DNA from: Chiloscyllium plagiosum
Lineage: Eukaryota
Length of the DNA stretch: 64,000 bases
Assembly (NCBI RefSeq): GCF_004010195.1
Contig: NC_057719.1
Location: 12,785,872 to 12,849,871, forward strand
Reading direction: 5' to 3'
Translations under genes and position numbers: made by a program
Part shown: one piece after another, positions 12,966-27,291 of the stretch
How the letters are laid out: each line of letters opens with the position of its first letter
How positions within the stretch are numbered: position 1 is the first letter of the stretch
The notes under the pieces: generated by a model
What the model saw: only the letters and a program-made list of their open reading frames with translations
The model's database searches: none
Told to the model about the DNA's origin: nothing

Positions 12966-14048
12966 AAACTCTATCCTGCGTGCTGATGATTATGGAAACC
13001 TTTATCAGATCTCCTCTTAGTTTGCTTCTCTCCAAGGAGAACAGTCCCAACTTCTTCAATTTCTCCTGGTAACTGAAGCTCTTTGTCCCTGGAACCACTC
13101 TTCCAAACCACTTCTGCACATTCACCAGGATGTTCACATCATTCCTATAATGTGGTGCTCAGAACTGTGCGCAATATTCAAGCTGAGGTCCAACAGGTAT
13201 CTGATAAAGTTCAACATCACCTCCTTGTTGTTGTACTCTGAACCTCTTTTAATAAACCTGACTTTATTAGTAGAGGGAAAGAGGATGCTTTACTTACTGC
13301 CCGGTCTATCTCTCCTTCTGCTTTCAGTGATCTATGCACATATGCAGCCAGGTCCCTTTTCAAAGCCACCAGGTTCAGTGCCTCCAGATCCTAACAACTC
13401 GCTGCATAAAAAGGAGTATTTCTTTATGTTGCAGTTGCTTCTTCTGTTAATCACCTTAAATATCCTCTAGATCGTAACCTTTCCACCAAAGGGTGTATTT
13501 TCACTCTCTGCTCTGTCTAGTCTCGTCGTGATTTTGAGCCCTTTACCAAATCTCCTCTCTACATTACTTCGAACCACGTAACTGATGTTCCTCATCCCTG
13601 GAACTATCCTCAGAAATCTTTCCTGCACTTTCTCCAAACCTTATAGACTCTTCCCGAAGTGCAATGCCCAGAATTGGATGCAACTGCTTCAGTTGTTTCA
13701 TAACCTGGTGCAGGGAGTCAGTGATGCTAATGCCTGGAACTACAGGCCAGCTCCCACTCCACACGTGCACGATGCCACTAATGCATTGTCATGCCAACAG
13801 CCCCACTCTACAGTCGCCTTACCCTGCTCACAACCCCACTTGCTGCCCTGGTTGTCTCCCTGTTACTGCTCGGCTTTGTGAGTCTAGGCAGAGTAAGATC
13901 ACACAACAGTTACGATTTTGCACATCAGGGAAATGTTTGCAAGAGAACTTGTTTTGATCTGCAGTCGTTAAAGTGGGTTTTAATTGGTCAATGTTCCCAT
14001 CTACCTGCTGCAATCTCTGTTGGCAACTGCGAATGGATGGGTGGTGAG

Positions 14049-14065
14049 AGCGCCCCCTGCAGTTG
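14049..14065 (-). promoter_or_regulatory. Candidate CTCF site about 0.9 kb upstream of exon 2
   Basis: Minus strand caactgcagggggcgct matches the CTCF core. Lies in non-repetitive sequence. Confidence 0.55.
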
Positions 14066-14966
14066 TGTAGACTGGAAAGGCAGCCATTTTATAAAGCTTC
14101 ACCACAACCTCTATTTATAAAGTAAAGGATCCTGAATTGTTCTGCAGGATTGTTTACATCCACATGGCCCCGAACCTCCTCCACGAGCTCCAAATGCTCA
14201 CATTCTTGAGGAACAGTCGTTTATTATAAAGCAACAAGGTTGTGAATTCAAGCCTCACCCAGGGCAACTGATTTTTTTTTGTGTGACGGTGGGACTGACG
14301 CAATTAAGTCATGTAATGCAGGAACAGAAACAGGTCGTTCAGCCCATCGAATCTGCTTCACCATTCAATGGAGTCAAGGTGATCTGATAATCCCCAACTC
14401 CACTTTCCTGCCTTTTCCCGGTAACCCTTGATTCCCTTACATTTTAAAGACCTTTCTTATTTCAGCCTTGAGTATAATTAATGACCCACCATCAATAGCT
14501 CTCGTGGCAAAGAATTCCCCAGATTCAATACACTCTGAGAGAAGATTGCTCTTTGGGGCACCAGTATGGTTTGGATGGCCACACTCAATGCCATAAATAT
14601 CTTTAACAATTAGAAGTGGCATCAAAACAATAACTCAAATCATTCCCAGTTTCTGACGCATTGTTAATGTTAAATCTGAAGGGAACACCTAAACCCACAG
14701 GTCTCACTGTTTCTGCATTTCTTTTAGAATTTATGCCACTTTTAATTAATTAATCGGATGATCAAATTCAATCAATAGGGAAAGCAGTGCACATCAAATT
14801 CCTGATTTGGGTACATTTGAGATGGCAAGCCAACATCATATTGCAGTGTGTTTTATCCTGCTCCATCGCAGATCATGTACAGCCGAATAGTGCACTGTTA
14901 CACACCTTGGAATTGATCTTTCAAAATACATTTTTACGTATGAAAACACTCTCCGTTTTAATTCAG

Positions 14967-15051
14967 ATTCTGAAGACATTTCATCAAGTGACAGAAAGCT
15001 TTCCAAATCCAACCTGAGCCAAACAAAAAAGAGAAAGAAAAGACGTCACAG
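14967..15051 (+). CDS. VSX2: VSX2 coding exon 2 (85 bp), DSEDISSSDRKLSKSNLSQTKKRKKRRHR, basic region leading into the homeodomain
   Basis: ttttaattcag acceptor and AG|gtaaga donor. Translation closely resembles vertebrate VSX2 (DSEDVSSSDRKMSKS..QTKKRKKRRHR). Phase joins exon 3 in frame. Confidence 0.95.
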
Positions 15052-15102
15052 GTAAGAATTTATGTGCACAGTTTGTTTGTAGTCAGATGTGTCTGTTTTA
15101 AC

Positions 15103-15279
15103 TCGGAGAAAGTGAGGACTGCAGATGCTGGAGAGTCAGAGTTGAAAAGTGTGGCGCTGGAAAAGCACAGCCGGTCAGGCAGCATCCGTGGGACAGCAAT
15201 CCTGATGAACGCCTTATACTCGAAACGTTGACTGTCCTGCTCCTTGGATGCTGCCTGACCGGCTACACTTTTCCAGCAC
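15103..15279 (+). mobile_element. Palindromic Penelope-derived mini-element with hammerhead-like motif (15202-15229)
   Basis: Perfect 15-bp TSD tgtgtctgttttaac (15088-15102, 15280-15294), inverted arms gctggaaaag...ggcagcatcc / ggatgctgcc...ttttccagc, CTGATGA...GAAACGTT. Confidence 0.8.
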
Positions 15280-15577
15280 TGTGTCTGTTTTAACAATACC
15301 TCTACTCATTCTGCATCATTGCAATTGCTTATAGTTTGTCTTTGCCTATTTATGGCCTGCTCATCAATTCATGTTATAAGTCACCTTTATGTTAAAACTT
15401 GTACCTGGGATGTCAGCATACCTGTGTAGACCAGCTTTGTTGCCCATTCCTAATTAACCGTGAGAGATGTCTTCTTGAAGTGCTGTAGTCCATGTGGTGT
15501 AGGTAGACCCACAGTGCCATTAGGATTTTGACCCAGCAACAATGAAGGAACACTGCTATATTTCTAAATCAGGACTT

Positions 15578-15896
15578 GTGCGGCACAGTGGCATAATCCT
15601 GCCTCACGGCGCCAGAGACCCAGGTTCAATTCCTTCCTCAGGCAACTGTCTGTGTGGAGTTTGCACATTCTCCCCGTGTCTGTGTGGGTTTCCTCCGGGT
15701 GCTCCGGTTTCCTCCCACAGTCCAAAAATGTGCAGGTTAGGTGGATTGGCCATGCTAAATTGCCCACAGTGTTAGGTGAAGGGGTAAATGTAGGGGAATG
15801 GGCCTGGGTGGGTTGTGCTTCGGTGGGTCGATGTGGACTTGTTGGGCCGAAGGGCCTGTTTCCACACTGTAAGTAATCTAATCTAATCTAATCTAA
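15578..15896 (+). mobile_element. HE1-like SINE (an inverted deleted copy lies at 16412-16625)
   Basis: Same head, V-domain and (taatc)n tail. Confidence 0.85.
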
Positions 15897-16744
15897 ACTG
15901 ACCTTGGTGGTTTTCCCAGTTATCTGTACTGTCTCCAGTTCTGGTTCCACACTTACAGGAAGGATTTATTAAGCTGGAGCAGGTTGAGAAGAGACTTACC
16001 AGGACGTTGCTGGGAATGGAGGGTTTGAGACAAAAGGGTAGGCTGGGACTTTTTTCACTGGAGTGTTGAAAGGTGACCTTATAGAGGTTTATAAAATTAT
16101 GAGGGGTCTGGATAAAGTGAATGGCAAGGGTCTTATCGCTAGGGTGGGGGAATTTAAAGGGGGCATAAGTGAGAGGAGAAGGATTTTAAAAAGGTATGAG
16201 CATCAATTTCTTTACACAGAGTGTGGTTAACGCCGTTTAGATAAATACATGAATAAGAAATATTTAGAGGGATATGGGACAAGTGTAGCAGGTGGGATTG
16301 GTGTAATTTGGGATTATGGTTGGCATGGACTGGTTTGACTGAAGGGTCTGTTTCTGTGCTGTGTGACTATGAATCTATGACTCTGTCTGTTGCACTGGTC
16401 CTTCTAGCTGATTAGATTACTTACAGTGTGGAAACAGGCCCTTCAGCCCAACAAGTCCACACCGACCCACCCTGTGGGAGGAAACCGGAGCACCCGGAGG
16501 AAACCCACGCAGACACGGGGAGAATGTGCAAACTCCACACAGACAGTTGCCTGAGGCGGGAATTGAACCCGGGTCTCTGGCACTGTGAGGCAGCAGTGCT
16601 AATCACTGTGCCACCCTGCTGCCCACTGTGCCACTGTGATTGTGGGAGAGCCATTTGTCTTTCCATACTGTACTCTAGATGTTCACCACCCCATGCTGTA
16701 TATCGTTTGATTTTACCTACCTGTGTCATACATCAGAATGTACC

Positions 16745-17530
16745 TCTACCTGCTGAATTTCAGCTGCACATGCCAGATGGAACCCAGTGTGGGAAAGTGT
16801 GAGATTATGCAGTTTGGTAGGAAGAATAGAAGCATAGCCTATTTTCTAATCAGGGAAAAGGCTTTGGAAACCTAAAGAAACAAAGGGACTTGGGAGTCCT
16901 GGCTCAGGATTCTCTTAAGGTTAACATGCAACTTCAGTTGGCAGTTTGGAAAACAAATGCAATGTTAGCATTCATCTCTGGAGGACTAGAAGGCTAGAGC
17001 AGGGATGTATTGCTGAGGTGGTGTAAGGCTCTGGTCAGACCACGTTTGGAATATTGTGATCAGTTTTGGGCCTCATATTTAAGGAAGGATGTGCTGGTGT
17101 TGCGGGGAGTCCAGAGGAGGTTTACAAGAATGACTCCAGGGATGAAGAGCTTGAAATATGTGGAGTGGTCGAGGATTCTGGGTTTGTATTCAATGGAGTA
17201 TAGAATGGACATGCAGAAGATGGTTCCACTAGTAGGAGAGAGTAGGACCCAAGGGCACAGCCTCAGAGTGAAGGGGCGACCCTTTCGAACTGAGACGAGG
17301 GGGAATTTCTTTAGTCAGAGGGTGGTGAATCTATGGAAATCATTGCCACAGAAGATTTGGAGACAAGTCATTGAGTGTCTTTAAGACAAAGATAGATACT
17401 TTTAAAATTATTAAAGGATCAAAGGTTACAGGGAGAAGGCAGGAGAATGGGGTTGAGAAACACATCAGCCATGATCGAATGGTGGAGCAGAATCAGTGGG
17501 CTATATTCTGCTCCTATATCTTATGGCCTT
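16745..17530 (+). mobile_element. CR1 LINE 3' fragment
   Basis: ORF 17010..17384 (LVRPRLEYC.QFW..VQRRFTRM..FFSQRVVNLW). Confidence 0.9.
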
Positions 17531-18115
17531 ATGCCCTATATTCCAGCTGTTCACCAAACTGTGCTATATCGATGCTGTATTCTAGCTCAATGCCTATTTG
17601 TCCCACATTCCAGCCATATTTCCCTATCAGTGTTGTATTCATCCAAATTTGCTGGTTTCCAGTTGTTTATGTCTTCCTAGCTTCCCTAACCTATCCTTGT
17701 AGCTAAATTCCCTGATTTCCTGGAAATCTCGTAAATCTCCTCTGCACCCTGTCATGGATCCTCCCATCATTCCTGAAGTGTGGTGAACAGAGCTGTGATA
17801 GCATGTGACTCTGCAGGGTTAGGTTAGAGACGATAGGGGGCAGTCTAAGGACACAATAGAAAGATTCAAGATATTTATGGGAATGTTCGCAATCATCTTC
17901 ACTGGGTGACGGGGGAGAGGGGGAGATATAGGATGAAAAAGGAGAATAAACTGCAGTCGGTCCTAAAATGGCTAGCCATGTTGTGACATCTGCTTTTAGA
18001 CACTAATGCTATATGTTAAACAGACTAAGTTAAAATCTATATCATTGGTGCAACTTTTTCCAAACTAAATATTGTGCGTGTTTCACTGCTTATAGTATCT
18101 GGAAGGGCTTTTTGA

Positions 18116-18316
<201 letters not shown>

Positions 18317-18714
18317 TAGACCGAATTACACACACAATGAGAAAGAATGATCGAGAGATACAGCAATGGAGGTCTGAGTGAGAGAGAGAAATGGAGAAGG
18401 AAAGAAGGAGAGACAATCAAAGATGGAGAGAGAGAGAGAGAGAGAAAGCATAATAGATGTGGAGTGTCACAGTATTAAAGTCAGACGAACAGACACAAAG
18501 CGACAGAGACTGAGAGAAATAGCAAGAGAGTCAGACTTGGAAAGAGAGTAACTCAGAAAAAGACACAGGAAAAGAGAAAAATAAGACAAACAGAGAAAGA
18601 GGAGAGGTTCACAGAAAAATGCAGAGAGACATGAGATGAACAAAGAGGTATATCGGGGAAGTGAATATAAATCACATATATAACAATGAGTATTATAGAA
18701 ATTAAGGGAATTTA

Positions 18715-19085
18715 AAGGTGACCTTATAGAGGTTTACAAAATTATGAGGGGCATGTATAGGATAAATAGGCAAAGTCTTTTCCCTGGGGTTGGGGAGTCC
18801 AGAACTAGAGGGCATAGATTTAGGGTGAGAGGGGAAAGATATAAAAGAAACCTAAGGGGCAACTTTTTCACGCAGTGGGTGGTACGTGTATGGAATGAGC
18901 TGCCAGAGGATGTGGTGGAGGCTGATACAATTGCAACATTTAAGAGGCATTTGGATGGGTATATGAATAGGAAGGGTTTGGAGGGATATGGCAGGTTTGG
19001 CAGGTGGGACTAGATTGGGTTGGGATATCTAGTCAGCATGGACCGAAGGGTCTGTTTCAATGCTGTACATCTCTATGACTCTATA
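18715..19085 (+). mobile_element. CR1 LINE 3' end
   Basis: ORF 18744..19013 plus ctctatgactctat tail. Confidence 0.9.
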
Positions 19086-21249
19086 AGAGAATAAAGTCTC
19101 TAGGCATAAATATCTTGAAGTAAAACTCTTGTAATCAATTGATTTCTTGAAACATTACTTGTGAAGCAGGTGGTTTTCTTGCAGTGATTGAATGGGAGTC
19201 TGGTTCCCTTTATCCATTTCACTATTCAGACACTGGGAGTTGAAAACAGCTGGGAGGTGTGGCTCCTATCAATTGCACAAGAGGAGCAGGGCTTGGCATC
19301 GGGGAAGGTACTGATTCAAAATCAATGCAGAAGGAGAATCTCGCACACAAGAGGAGGAAGTTTAACTGGTATTACAGGGATTGGGAGTGGTGGGAGGTGG
19401 AAGTCTCAAATGTATAGGTCATGAGCTTGACAGGATTCTGTCATTCTGATATGACCGGGTTGCGTTTAGAAATTGTGAAGCTCTTGGGTAAATGGTTTAA
19501 AGATTTAAAGATTCAATTAGTTGTGAGTTAAATCCAGGATTCTAGCTGTATTTGGGAGTTCATAGGTTTTCAAAGCTGTGTGAAACTTATTTGGGTCAAC
19601 AAGGTGAGTACAGGGGAAGTTCCTGGAATTCACTCCCTAAGGGCATTATGGGTCAACTTCTAGCAGGTGGACTGTAGTGGTTCAAGAAGGCAGTTCACCA
19701 TCATCTTCTCAAAGGCAACTAGAGATGGGTAATGAGTTCTGGTGAGCCAGCGAGGCCCAGGGCCCACAAATGAATTTAAGATGTAGTTATTAGGCTGAAA
19801 AGCCTCAAACATTGAGACTGCACAGCTATTGTGTTGCCTATGTGAAAGGTTTGTGCTCCAGAAGTGGTTGTGAGTGCGTAATTTCACTGCCTCACGAGCA
19901 ATATCTGACATTTTGGAGTTGGGTACACCTACCTTGGAGTTTACACACCTCGATCTGACTTTCACTGCAGTACGGGGAAAGCTTCTGCAATCTCCATTTC
20001 TGGTGAGGAACAAAAGGATCAGCAACACCATCATCACCAGCTGCCAAAACTGTCTCCCCTTTGCCCACAGGTCAGGGGAGATGGACACCAGGAAATAGCT
20101 CTAAGGAGGGACTTCTGCAGGGACTTCCAAACAGAGAGGGTCAGCCGTCTCTACATCTCTGAGAACCGGTGCCTCACGAGGGTCAGGCTTGTGTGGGGGT
20201 GTTGTTCCTGACGTCTACAACCTTAAGGAATAAGACTTCCTTAACCGTGGACCGGATGGTCAAGCATTACCATTGAAGGACAGCGGAGAGGGCCCTGTTT
20301 CTCTCTCCCTGTGTATGAGAATTAAGAGTGTGGGGTTTGGAGTCTGTATGTGGGATGGCTCTTACCTTTCCTGCTCATATCAGTCATTGGTCACACTAAT
20401 TCCAGGCTGGGCGAAGCACACTTGCTGCCCATTGCCTCAGCCTTGGTTGGAGAAGTTGGCCTCTTCCTCCCATCCACTGGGAATTGCACCTCCCTCTGAA
20501 GCTGCCTGGGGCCTCCTGGGAACAATGGGACGTCCAGGGCCTCTCCATTCCTGTGGTTACTAAAGCCTCCGGTAGCAATGTCAAGTTCAGGTTCTCCGGC
20601 ACCAGTTTAAATAGAAATCCAGGTCTCGTCAGAGTCTGAATCATCGCTCCCACACTCCGTGAGTGGTTGACAAAACTGGAGAGGGGATATTAATGCCAAT
20701 GCTGAGTTTATGAACCAATTGAAAGCCTGTACAGTGAAAGACAGACCTGCTGCCAGCTTTCCCGAGCAAGTCTATTTTAGTAAAATGCCAGCTTGGCTCT
20801 ATGAGGCGATAAACCTGTAATGAATTCGATGATATTGTCATCCTCCCCCATTGCCTGTTTTTTATTCGATACCAGGGATCGATTAGAAGGCCAGCAATTG
20901 TTGCCCCTTTATAATTGCTCTGGAGAAGGTGGTGGTGAGCTGCTTACTTGAACCATGTAGGGACATCCACAATGCAGTCAGGATTTTGACCCAGCGACTC
21001 TGAAGGAACGGCAATACATTTCCAAGTCAGGATGGTGATGAGTTCGGAGAGGAACTTGCAGATAGTGCTGTTTCCTTTGATCTACTGCCCTTGTCCTTTC
21101 TACGTGGTAGAGATCATGTGTTTGGAAGATGCTGTTGTGTTGCCTTGGTGTTGCAGTCGGTACAAATTGCTATCACCGTGCATCGGTGTTGGAGGGAGTG
21201 GATGCTAAAGGTATTAGATGGAATACCAACCACACTTGGTTTGAGATAG

Positions 21250-21349
21250 TGCAGAGATTCTTCAATATTACTGGTGCAGAGATTCTTTAATGTTATTGGT
21301 GCAGAGATTCTTCAACGTTATTGGTGCAGAGATTCTTCAGTATTGTTGG
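21250..21349. repeat. Tandem repeat, 25 bp x 4 (tgcagagattcttcaatattactgg variants)
   Basis: Units start at 21250, 21275, 21300 and 21325. Confidence 0.9.
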
Positions 21350-22079
21350 CGTGACGCTCAACCAGGAATGGGAGAATATCCCATCAGACCCCTGATTTGT
21401 GTAGATTCTTGTAGATTCACTGGATCTGTCTGTACATGCTGCTCCTTTTCCTTTGAGGATTTTTCCATGATGGAGCTGATTTCCTCACTTCCTTGGAACA
21501 GTAATTACCGCTTTTTATAAGTTTCGCATTATTTTTGGAAGATCAAAAACAACGGTACTTTAAACAGGTGGAAAGAGAGAGAGAGCAGGATTCAGAGTTT
21601 CGGGAGAGTGACCACATGGAGAGGTTGGAGAATGGCTCTTGAGATCAACAAGATTACATCAAAAGAATCGAGCAGTGAGCTTTCACAACTGACTGACTGT
21701 GAAATTGCAAACGTCTCTGGAGATAGGTCAAAGTTAAACAAACAGTGCAGTACAGTTTCACAGCTGACCATGGGGGACTGAAGTTCACACTACAGTAGCT
21801 AGGAGGGGTTAGTGATTTCAATGTCTAAGTGTTTGACATTAAGACTTCTAAAACTTGTAAATTTTAATCTGTTATTTTTGAAAATCTATAATAGCGAGTG
21901 GAGTGAAGTTTTTTTTAATGCTTTACTGAGATCTGACTCTTTAACATAAAAGATCAGTATTAAGTTATCCTAGGGAAGTGTTTTTGAGCAGTAAGACTGC
22001 TAATCCTGAGGTTTTGAGAAAGTGTGTTCCGATTGTTCTTTGGGTATATTCTGGGTCTGCGGCTTGTTTAAGGTGCAGA

Positions 22080-25000
22080 TATGGCTTTTGATAGAGTGAT
22101 GTGATGGTCCTGTGGGATGTGGGAGATTAGGGAGAATTTCAATGTTCCTGGAGATTGTGTGTATTGGATTTGTTGAAGCGAGTTAGAGGCAGTGAAGAAT
22201 TTACAGGTACTGGGGGTGTAATGGTTGGCAGTTTCAGGAAGGACAGAAAACCATAGAAACTGTCAGGTAGGTGGATTACCTCGAGGAAAGGTAGGAGAGG
22301 AAGGCAGATAGTGAAGGAGTCTCCTGTGGCTGTCCCCCTCGCAAACAAATATGCCCTCATAGAGGTACAGGACTGGCAACTTAATGTTCCAAGGTATAGA
22401 TGCTATAGGAAGGATAGAAAAGGGGGCAAGAGAGGTTGGGGGCATTTTTGGTTAATGATAACATTACAGTTGATTAGATTCCCCTACAGTGTGGAAACAG
22501 CCCTTCGGTCCAACAAGCCCACACCGACCCTCCAAAGAGTAACCCACCCAGACCCATTTCCCTTTGACTAATGCACCTTACACTATGGGCAATTTAGCAT
22601 GACAAATTCACCTAACCTGCACATCTTTGGACTGTGGGAGGAAACCGGAGCACCCAGAGGAAACCCACGCAGACACAGGGAGAATGTGAAAATTCCACAC
22701 AGACAGTTGCCCGAGGCTGGAATCAAACCTGGGTCCCTGGAGCTGTAAGGCAGCAGTGCTAACCACTGAGCCACTGTGCCACCTGTACTTCAGGAGGATG
22801 TTCCTGGGAGAACGTCCAGTGAAGTTATTTGGGTGGAACTGAGAAATAAGAAAGGAATGATTACCTTATTTGGATTGTACTAACGGCCTCCCAATAATCA
22901 GCGGGAAATTGAGAAGCGAATATGTAAGGAGATCGCAGACATTTGTAAGAATAATAGGATTGTAATGGCAGGGGATTTTAAATTTCCAAACATAGACTGG
23001 GACTGCCATAGTGTTAAGGGCTTGGATGGAGAGGAATTTGTTAAGTGTGTACAAGAAAAGTTTCTTATTCAGTTTGTGATGTACCTACTAGAGGAAGAGC
23101 AATACTTGACCTACTCTTGGGAAATAAGGCAGGGCAAGTGACTGACCTGTCAGTGGGGAACACCTTGGGGCCAATGATCATAGTACTATTAAAATAAAGT
23201 TAAAATCACACAACACCAGGTTATAGTCCAATAGGTTTATTTGGAAGTACAAGCTTTCGAAGCACTGTTCCTTTGTCAGGTAGCTAGTGGGGCAGGATCA
23301 TAGGACACAGAATTTATAATAAAAGATCAGTGTCAAACAACTGATGCGATATATTGAACAAATCTAGATTGCTGTTAAGTCTTTCACCTTTTGGGATGGG
23401 TTGCAGGTTTCAATTCATTAATATGTAAATCTCAGAACTTCTTTCAAGTTTTAAAATAGTTATGGAAAAGGATAGAGCTGATCTAAAAGTTAAAGTTCTA
23501 AATTGGAGTAAGGCCAATTTTGACGGTATTAGACAGGAGTATAAGACAAAAGTTGATTGGGAGAGGCTATTCACAAGCTGTTGTAAAGGGACAGTTGGAA
23601 AGTGGGAGGCCTTTAAAAAGTGAGGTAACATGAGTTCAGAGACAGTTTGTTCCTTTAAGTGTGAAGACCAAGACTTATAGGTGTAGGGAATGCTAGGTGA
23701 CATGAGAAATTGAAGCTCTGGTCAAGAAAAAGAAGGAGGCACATGTGAAGTATAGACAGCTGGGATCGAGAGAATCCCGAGAGGACTATAAGGGCAGTAG
23801 GAAACTTAAGAGGGAAATCAGGAGGGCAAAAATGAGTCATGACATATCTTTGGCAAATAGGGTTAAGGAGAATCCGAAGACATTCTACAAATACATTAAG
23901 TTGAAAAAATACCTAGGCAGAGAATAGATCAACAAGGCAGTCTATGTGTGGAACCAGAGGAGATGGGTGAGGTACTAAAGGAATATTTCGCATCAGTATT
24001 TACTGTGGAGAAGGATATGGAAGCTAGAGAACTTGGGGAATTAAATAGAGATCTGTTGAAAAGTATCCATATTACAGAAGAAGGAGTCCTGGAAGTCTTC
24101 AAACATATAAAGGTGGATAAATCCCCAGGACCTGATCAGGTGTATCCTAGAACTCCACGAGAAGCTAGGGAAGTGATTGCTGGGCTCCTTGCTGAGATAT
24201 CTGTATCATCAACAGTCACAGGTAAGATGCCGGAAGTCTGGAGGTTGGCTAACATGGTACCACTATTTAAGAAATGCGGAAAGGAAAAGCCAAGGGAACT
24301 ATAGATTGGTGAGCTTTATATTGGTGGTAGGCAAGTTGTTGAAGGGGATTCTGAGGGACAGGATTTACATGCATTTGGAAGGGCAAGGACTGATTAGGGA
24401 TAGTCAATATGGCTTTGAGCACAAGAAATCATATCTCACGAACTTGACAGTAATTTGAAGAAATAATGAAGAAGATCGATGAGAGCAGAGCGATGGATGT
24501 TGTCTATATGGACTTCAGTAAGGTGTTCGACGAGGTTCCCATGGGAGACTGGTTAGTAATGTTAGATCACCTGGCATACAGGGGGAGCTAGCCAATTGGA
24601 TACAAATTGGCTTGAAGTAGAAGACACAGGGTGATGGTACAGGGTTGTTTATCGGACTGAAGCCTGTGACCAGTGGTGTGCCACAAGGATCGATGCTGAG
24701 TCTGCTGCTTTTCATCATTTAGACTAGGCTAGATTCCCTACAGCGTGCAAACAGGCCCTTCGGCCCAACCAGTCCACACCAACCCTTTGAAGAGTAACCC
24801 ACCCAGACCCGTCTCCCTCTAACTAATGTAACTAACACTATGGGCAATTTAGCATGGCCAATTCACCTGACCCACACATCTTTGTGACTGAGGGAGGAAA
24901 CCCACGCAGACACAGGAAGAATGTATAAACTCCACACAGACAGTCACCCAAGGCTGGAATCGAACCTGGGACCCTGGTGCTCTGAGGCAACAGTGCTAAC

Positions 25001-25965
25001 CACTGAGCCACCAATGATTTGGATGTGAAAATAGGAGATATGGTTAGTAAGTTTGCAGATGACACCAAAATTGGAGGCGTAGTGGACAATGAAGAAGGTT
25101 GCATTGGGTTACAACGGGATCTTGATCAGATGGGCCAATGGGCTGAGGAGTGGCAGATGGAGTTTAATTTATATAAGTGTGAGGTGCTGCATTTTAGGAA
25201 GTAAAGCTTAGCAGGACTTATACACTTAATAGTAAGGTCCTGGGGAGTGTTGCTGAACAAAGAGATCTTGGAGTGCAGGTTCATAATTTCTTGAAAGTGG
25301 AGTTGCAGGTACACAGGGTGATGAAGAAGGCATTTGACACTCTTGCCTTCATTGGTTAGTGCATTGATTATAGGAGTTAGGAGGTCATGTTGTGGCTGTA
25401 CAGGACATTGATTAGGCCACTTTTGGAATACTGCATTCAATTCTGGTCTCCCTGCTGTAAGAAATATCTTGTTACAGTTGAAAGGGTTGAGAAAAGATTT
25501 GCAAGACTGTTGCTAGGATTTGAGCGTTTGAGCTGAATAGGCTGGGGCATTTGTCCCTGGAGCGTCGGAGTCTGAAAAGTGCCCTTATAGAGGTTTATAA
25601 AAGTATGAGGGGCATAGATAGGGTAAATAGACAAGATCTTTTTCCCTGAGTGTGGAAGTCCAAAACTAGAGGGCATAGCTTTAAGGTGAGAGGGGAAAGA
25701 TTTAAAAGGGACATGAGGGGCAACATTTTCGAGCAGTGGGTCGGGGGGTGCGTGTATGGAATGAGCTACCTGAGGAAATGGTGGAGGCTGGTACAATTAC
25801 ACTATTTAAACAGCATATGAATGGGTACATAAATGGGTACATGAAATGGGTTTAGAGGGATTTGGGCCAAATGCAGGCAATTGGGACTGGATTAATTTAG
25901 GATATCTGGTTGTCATGGACGAGTTGGACTGAGGGGTCGGTTTCCGCGCTGTACAGCTCTATGCT
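22080..25965 (+). mobile_element. Long decayed CR1 LINE (ORF1 remnant, endonuclease and RT fragments), interrupted by two SINEs (22472-22782, 24722-25012) and a Penelope piece (about 23197-23450)
   Basis: ORFs 23948..24304 (KSPGPD..PR..W.LAN.VPLFKK), 24177..24458 (NYR.VS..GKLL), 25019..25204 (KFADDTK). Many stops and frameshifts. 5' UTR may extend to about 21560. Confidence 0.9.
23197..23450 (-). mobile_element. Penelope-like 3' fragment (second family) with decayed hammerhead motif (23279-23251)
   Basis: Minus strand ctgacaa-aggaacagtgcttc-gaaagctt, homologous to 58797-59127. Confidence 0.7.
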
Positions 25966-27291
25966 TAGATGAGGTCATAAAACCCAAGAGCATGATTTTC
26001 CCAGATTGTTACAAACACAACGGACTGTTGGAATACATACCGCGATGAGTACCATGGACAGTGTTCATCTTGCTTTCTTAATTTGTGGATCAGATACAAG
26101 GCACAACAAACATTTGATCCTAGAACCTTAGGAAATGACTTCTGAGGAAAGATTGACTGCTCTGAGTATTTTCTCTCTTGCAAAACGAGACAAGATAAGA
26201 TAGAAGTGATTAAAATTATGAAAGGTTTGGATGAATCACATCCAAGTGAGCTTATTTGCCACATGCAATATTTAGCAACGTAGTTACAAATGAAGGACAA
26301 CAATATTAGTGGGAACTACAGGAAGAATGTTTTTTATTCTTTCGCTGGCAAGATCATCATTTGTTGCCCATTCCTAATTGCCCTTGAATTGCCACTTCAG
26401 AGGGTAGTTATGAGTCAATCCTAAATTGCTATGAGTCTGGAGTCACATGTCAGGAGTTGGTACAGCAGATGTCCCTCCCCAAAGACATTTGTGAACTGGA
26501 CAAATTTTTAACAACAATTTTACTGCCTTCATTACTCAAGACTAGCTTTCAATTTCAGAATATGCCAAAGCTTGTAAGAGAATGCATGGAAATAGGGGTC
26601 TGATGACAAGCGTGTGCATGTTTTTTTTCCTGGAATTTAAATTCCACTAACTGCTGTGATGGGATTTAAACCCCCATTCCCAAGAACATTAGCCTGGGTC
26701 TCAGGATTGCTAATCCATCGACAATGCCACTGAGGCACAATCTCCCCTGTTAATGCCCCATTGCCTTACAGTAAGGTTAATGAACATGAAGAACAATGCA
26801 CCTGCACAGAGGATGGAACAAGAAACAAGAGCGAGGAATGGGCCTGGAGAAGATAACCTGACTCATTCTTTCTTTTAATAAATGAGTTTCAGGGTCATTA
26901 AGAATGCACAAAGGGTGAGATGAGCTGAAAGTCTTCCAGAGAAGTCGATGGATGGGTATTGTCTATGTCTTGGAGGCATGCTTATTAAGAAAGTTTCACT
27001 TCTGTTTATGATGCAAATTTAAATAGCCCTGGTGAATAGATCCACCACCACAGATGGCATTACTGATAATGGATAGACTAGGGATCAATATAGGGATAGA
27101 TACATTACAGCTAAATAGATACACACTTGACAGAGATAAGCAATTTTTGTCACTTAACAAATTCCAAATTAAATCTGGTAAATAAATTTAATATTTAATT
27201 AAAGAGACAAAGCATTACATTTCATCTAATGACCAAACGCAATCTATTATTGGTATCATACATTGTTGACAGAGGGAATATAAGGGAATAC

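Noticed and set aside
1..14966. VSX2 exon 1 and promoter
   Set aside because: No octapeptide (FGIQEILG-like) coding segment or CpG island was found, so exon 1 must lie upstream of the window.
19790..20850. GC-richer unique stretch with 74-142 aa ORFs (similar case at 59900-60470)
   Set aside because: No recognisable protein motif or splice structure. Probably old DNA-transposon debris, but I cannot support a call.
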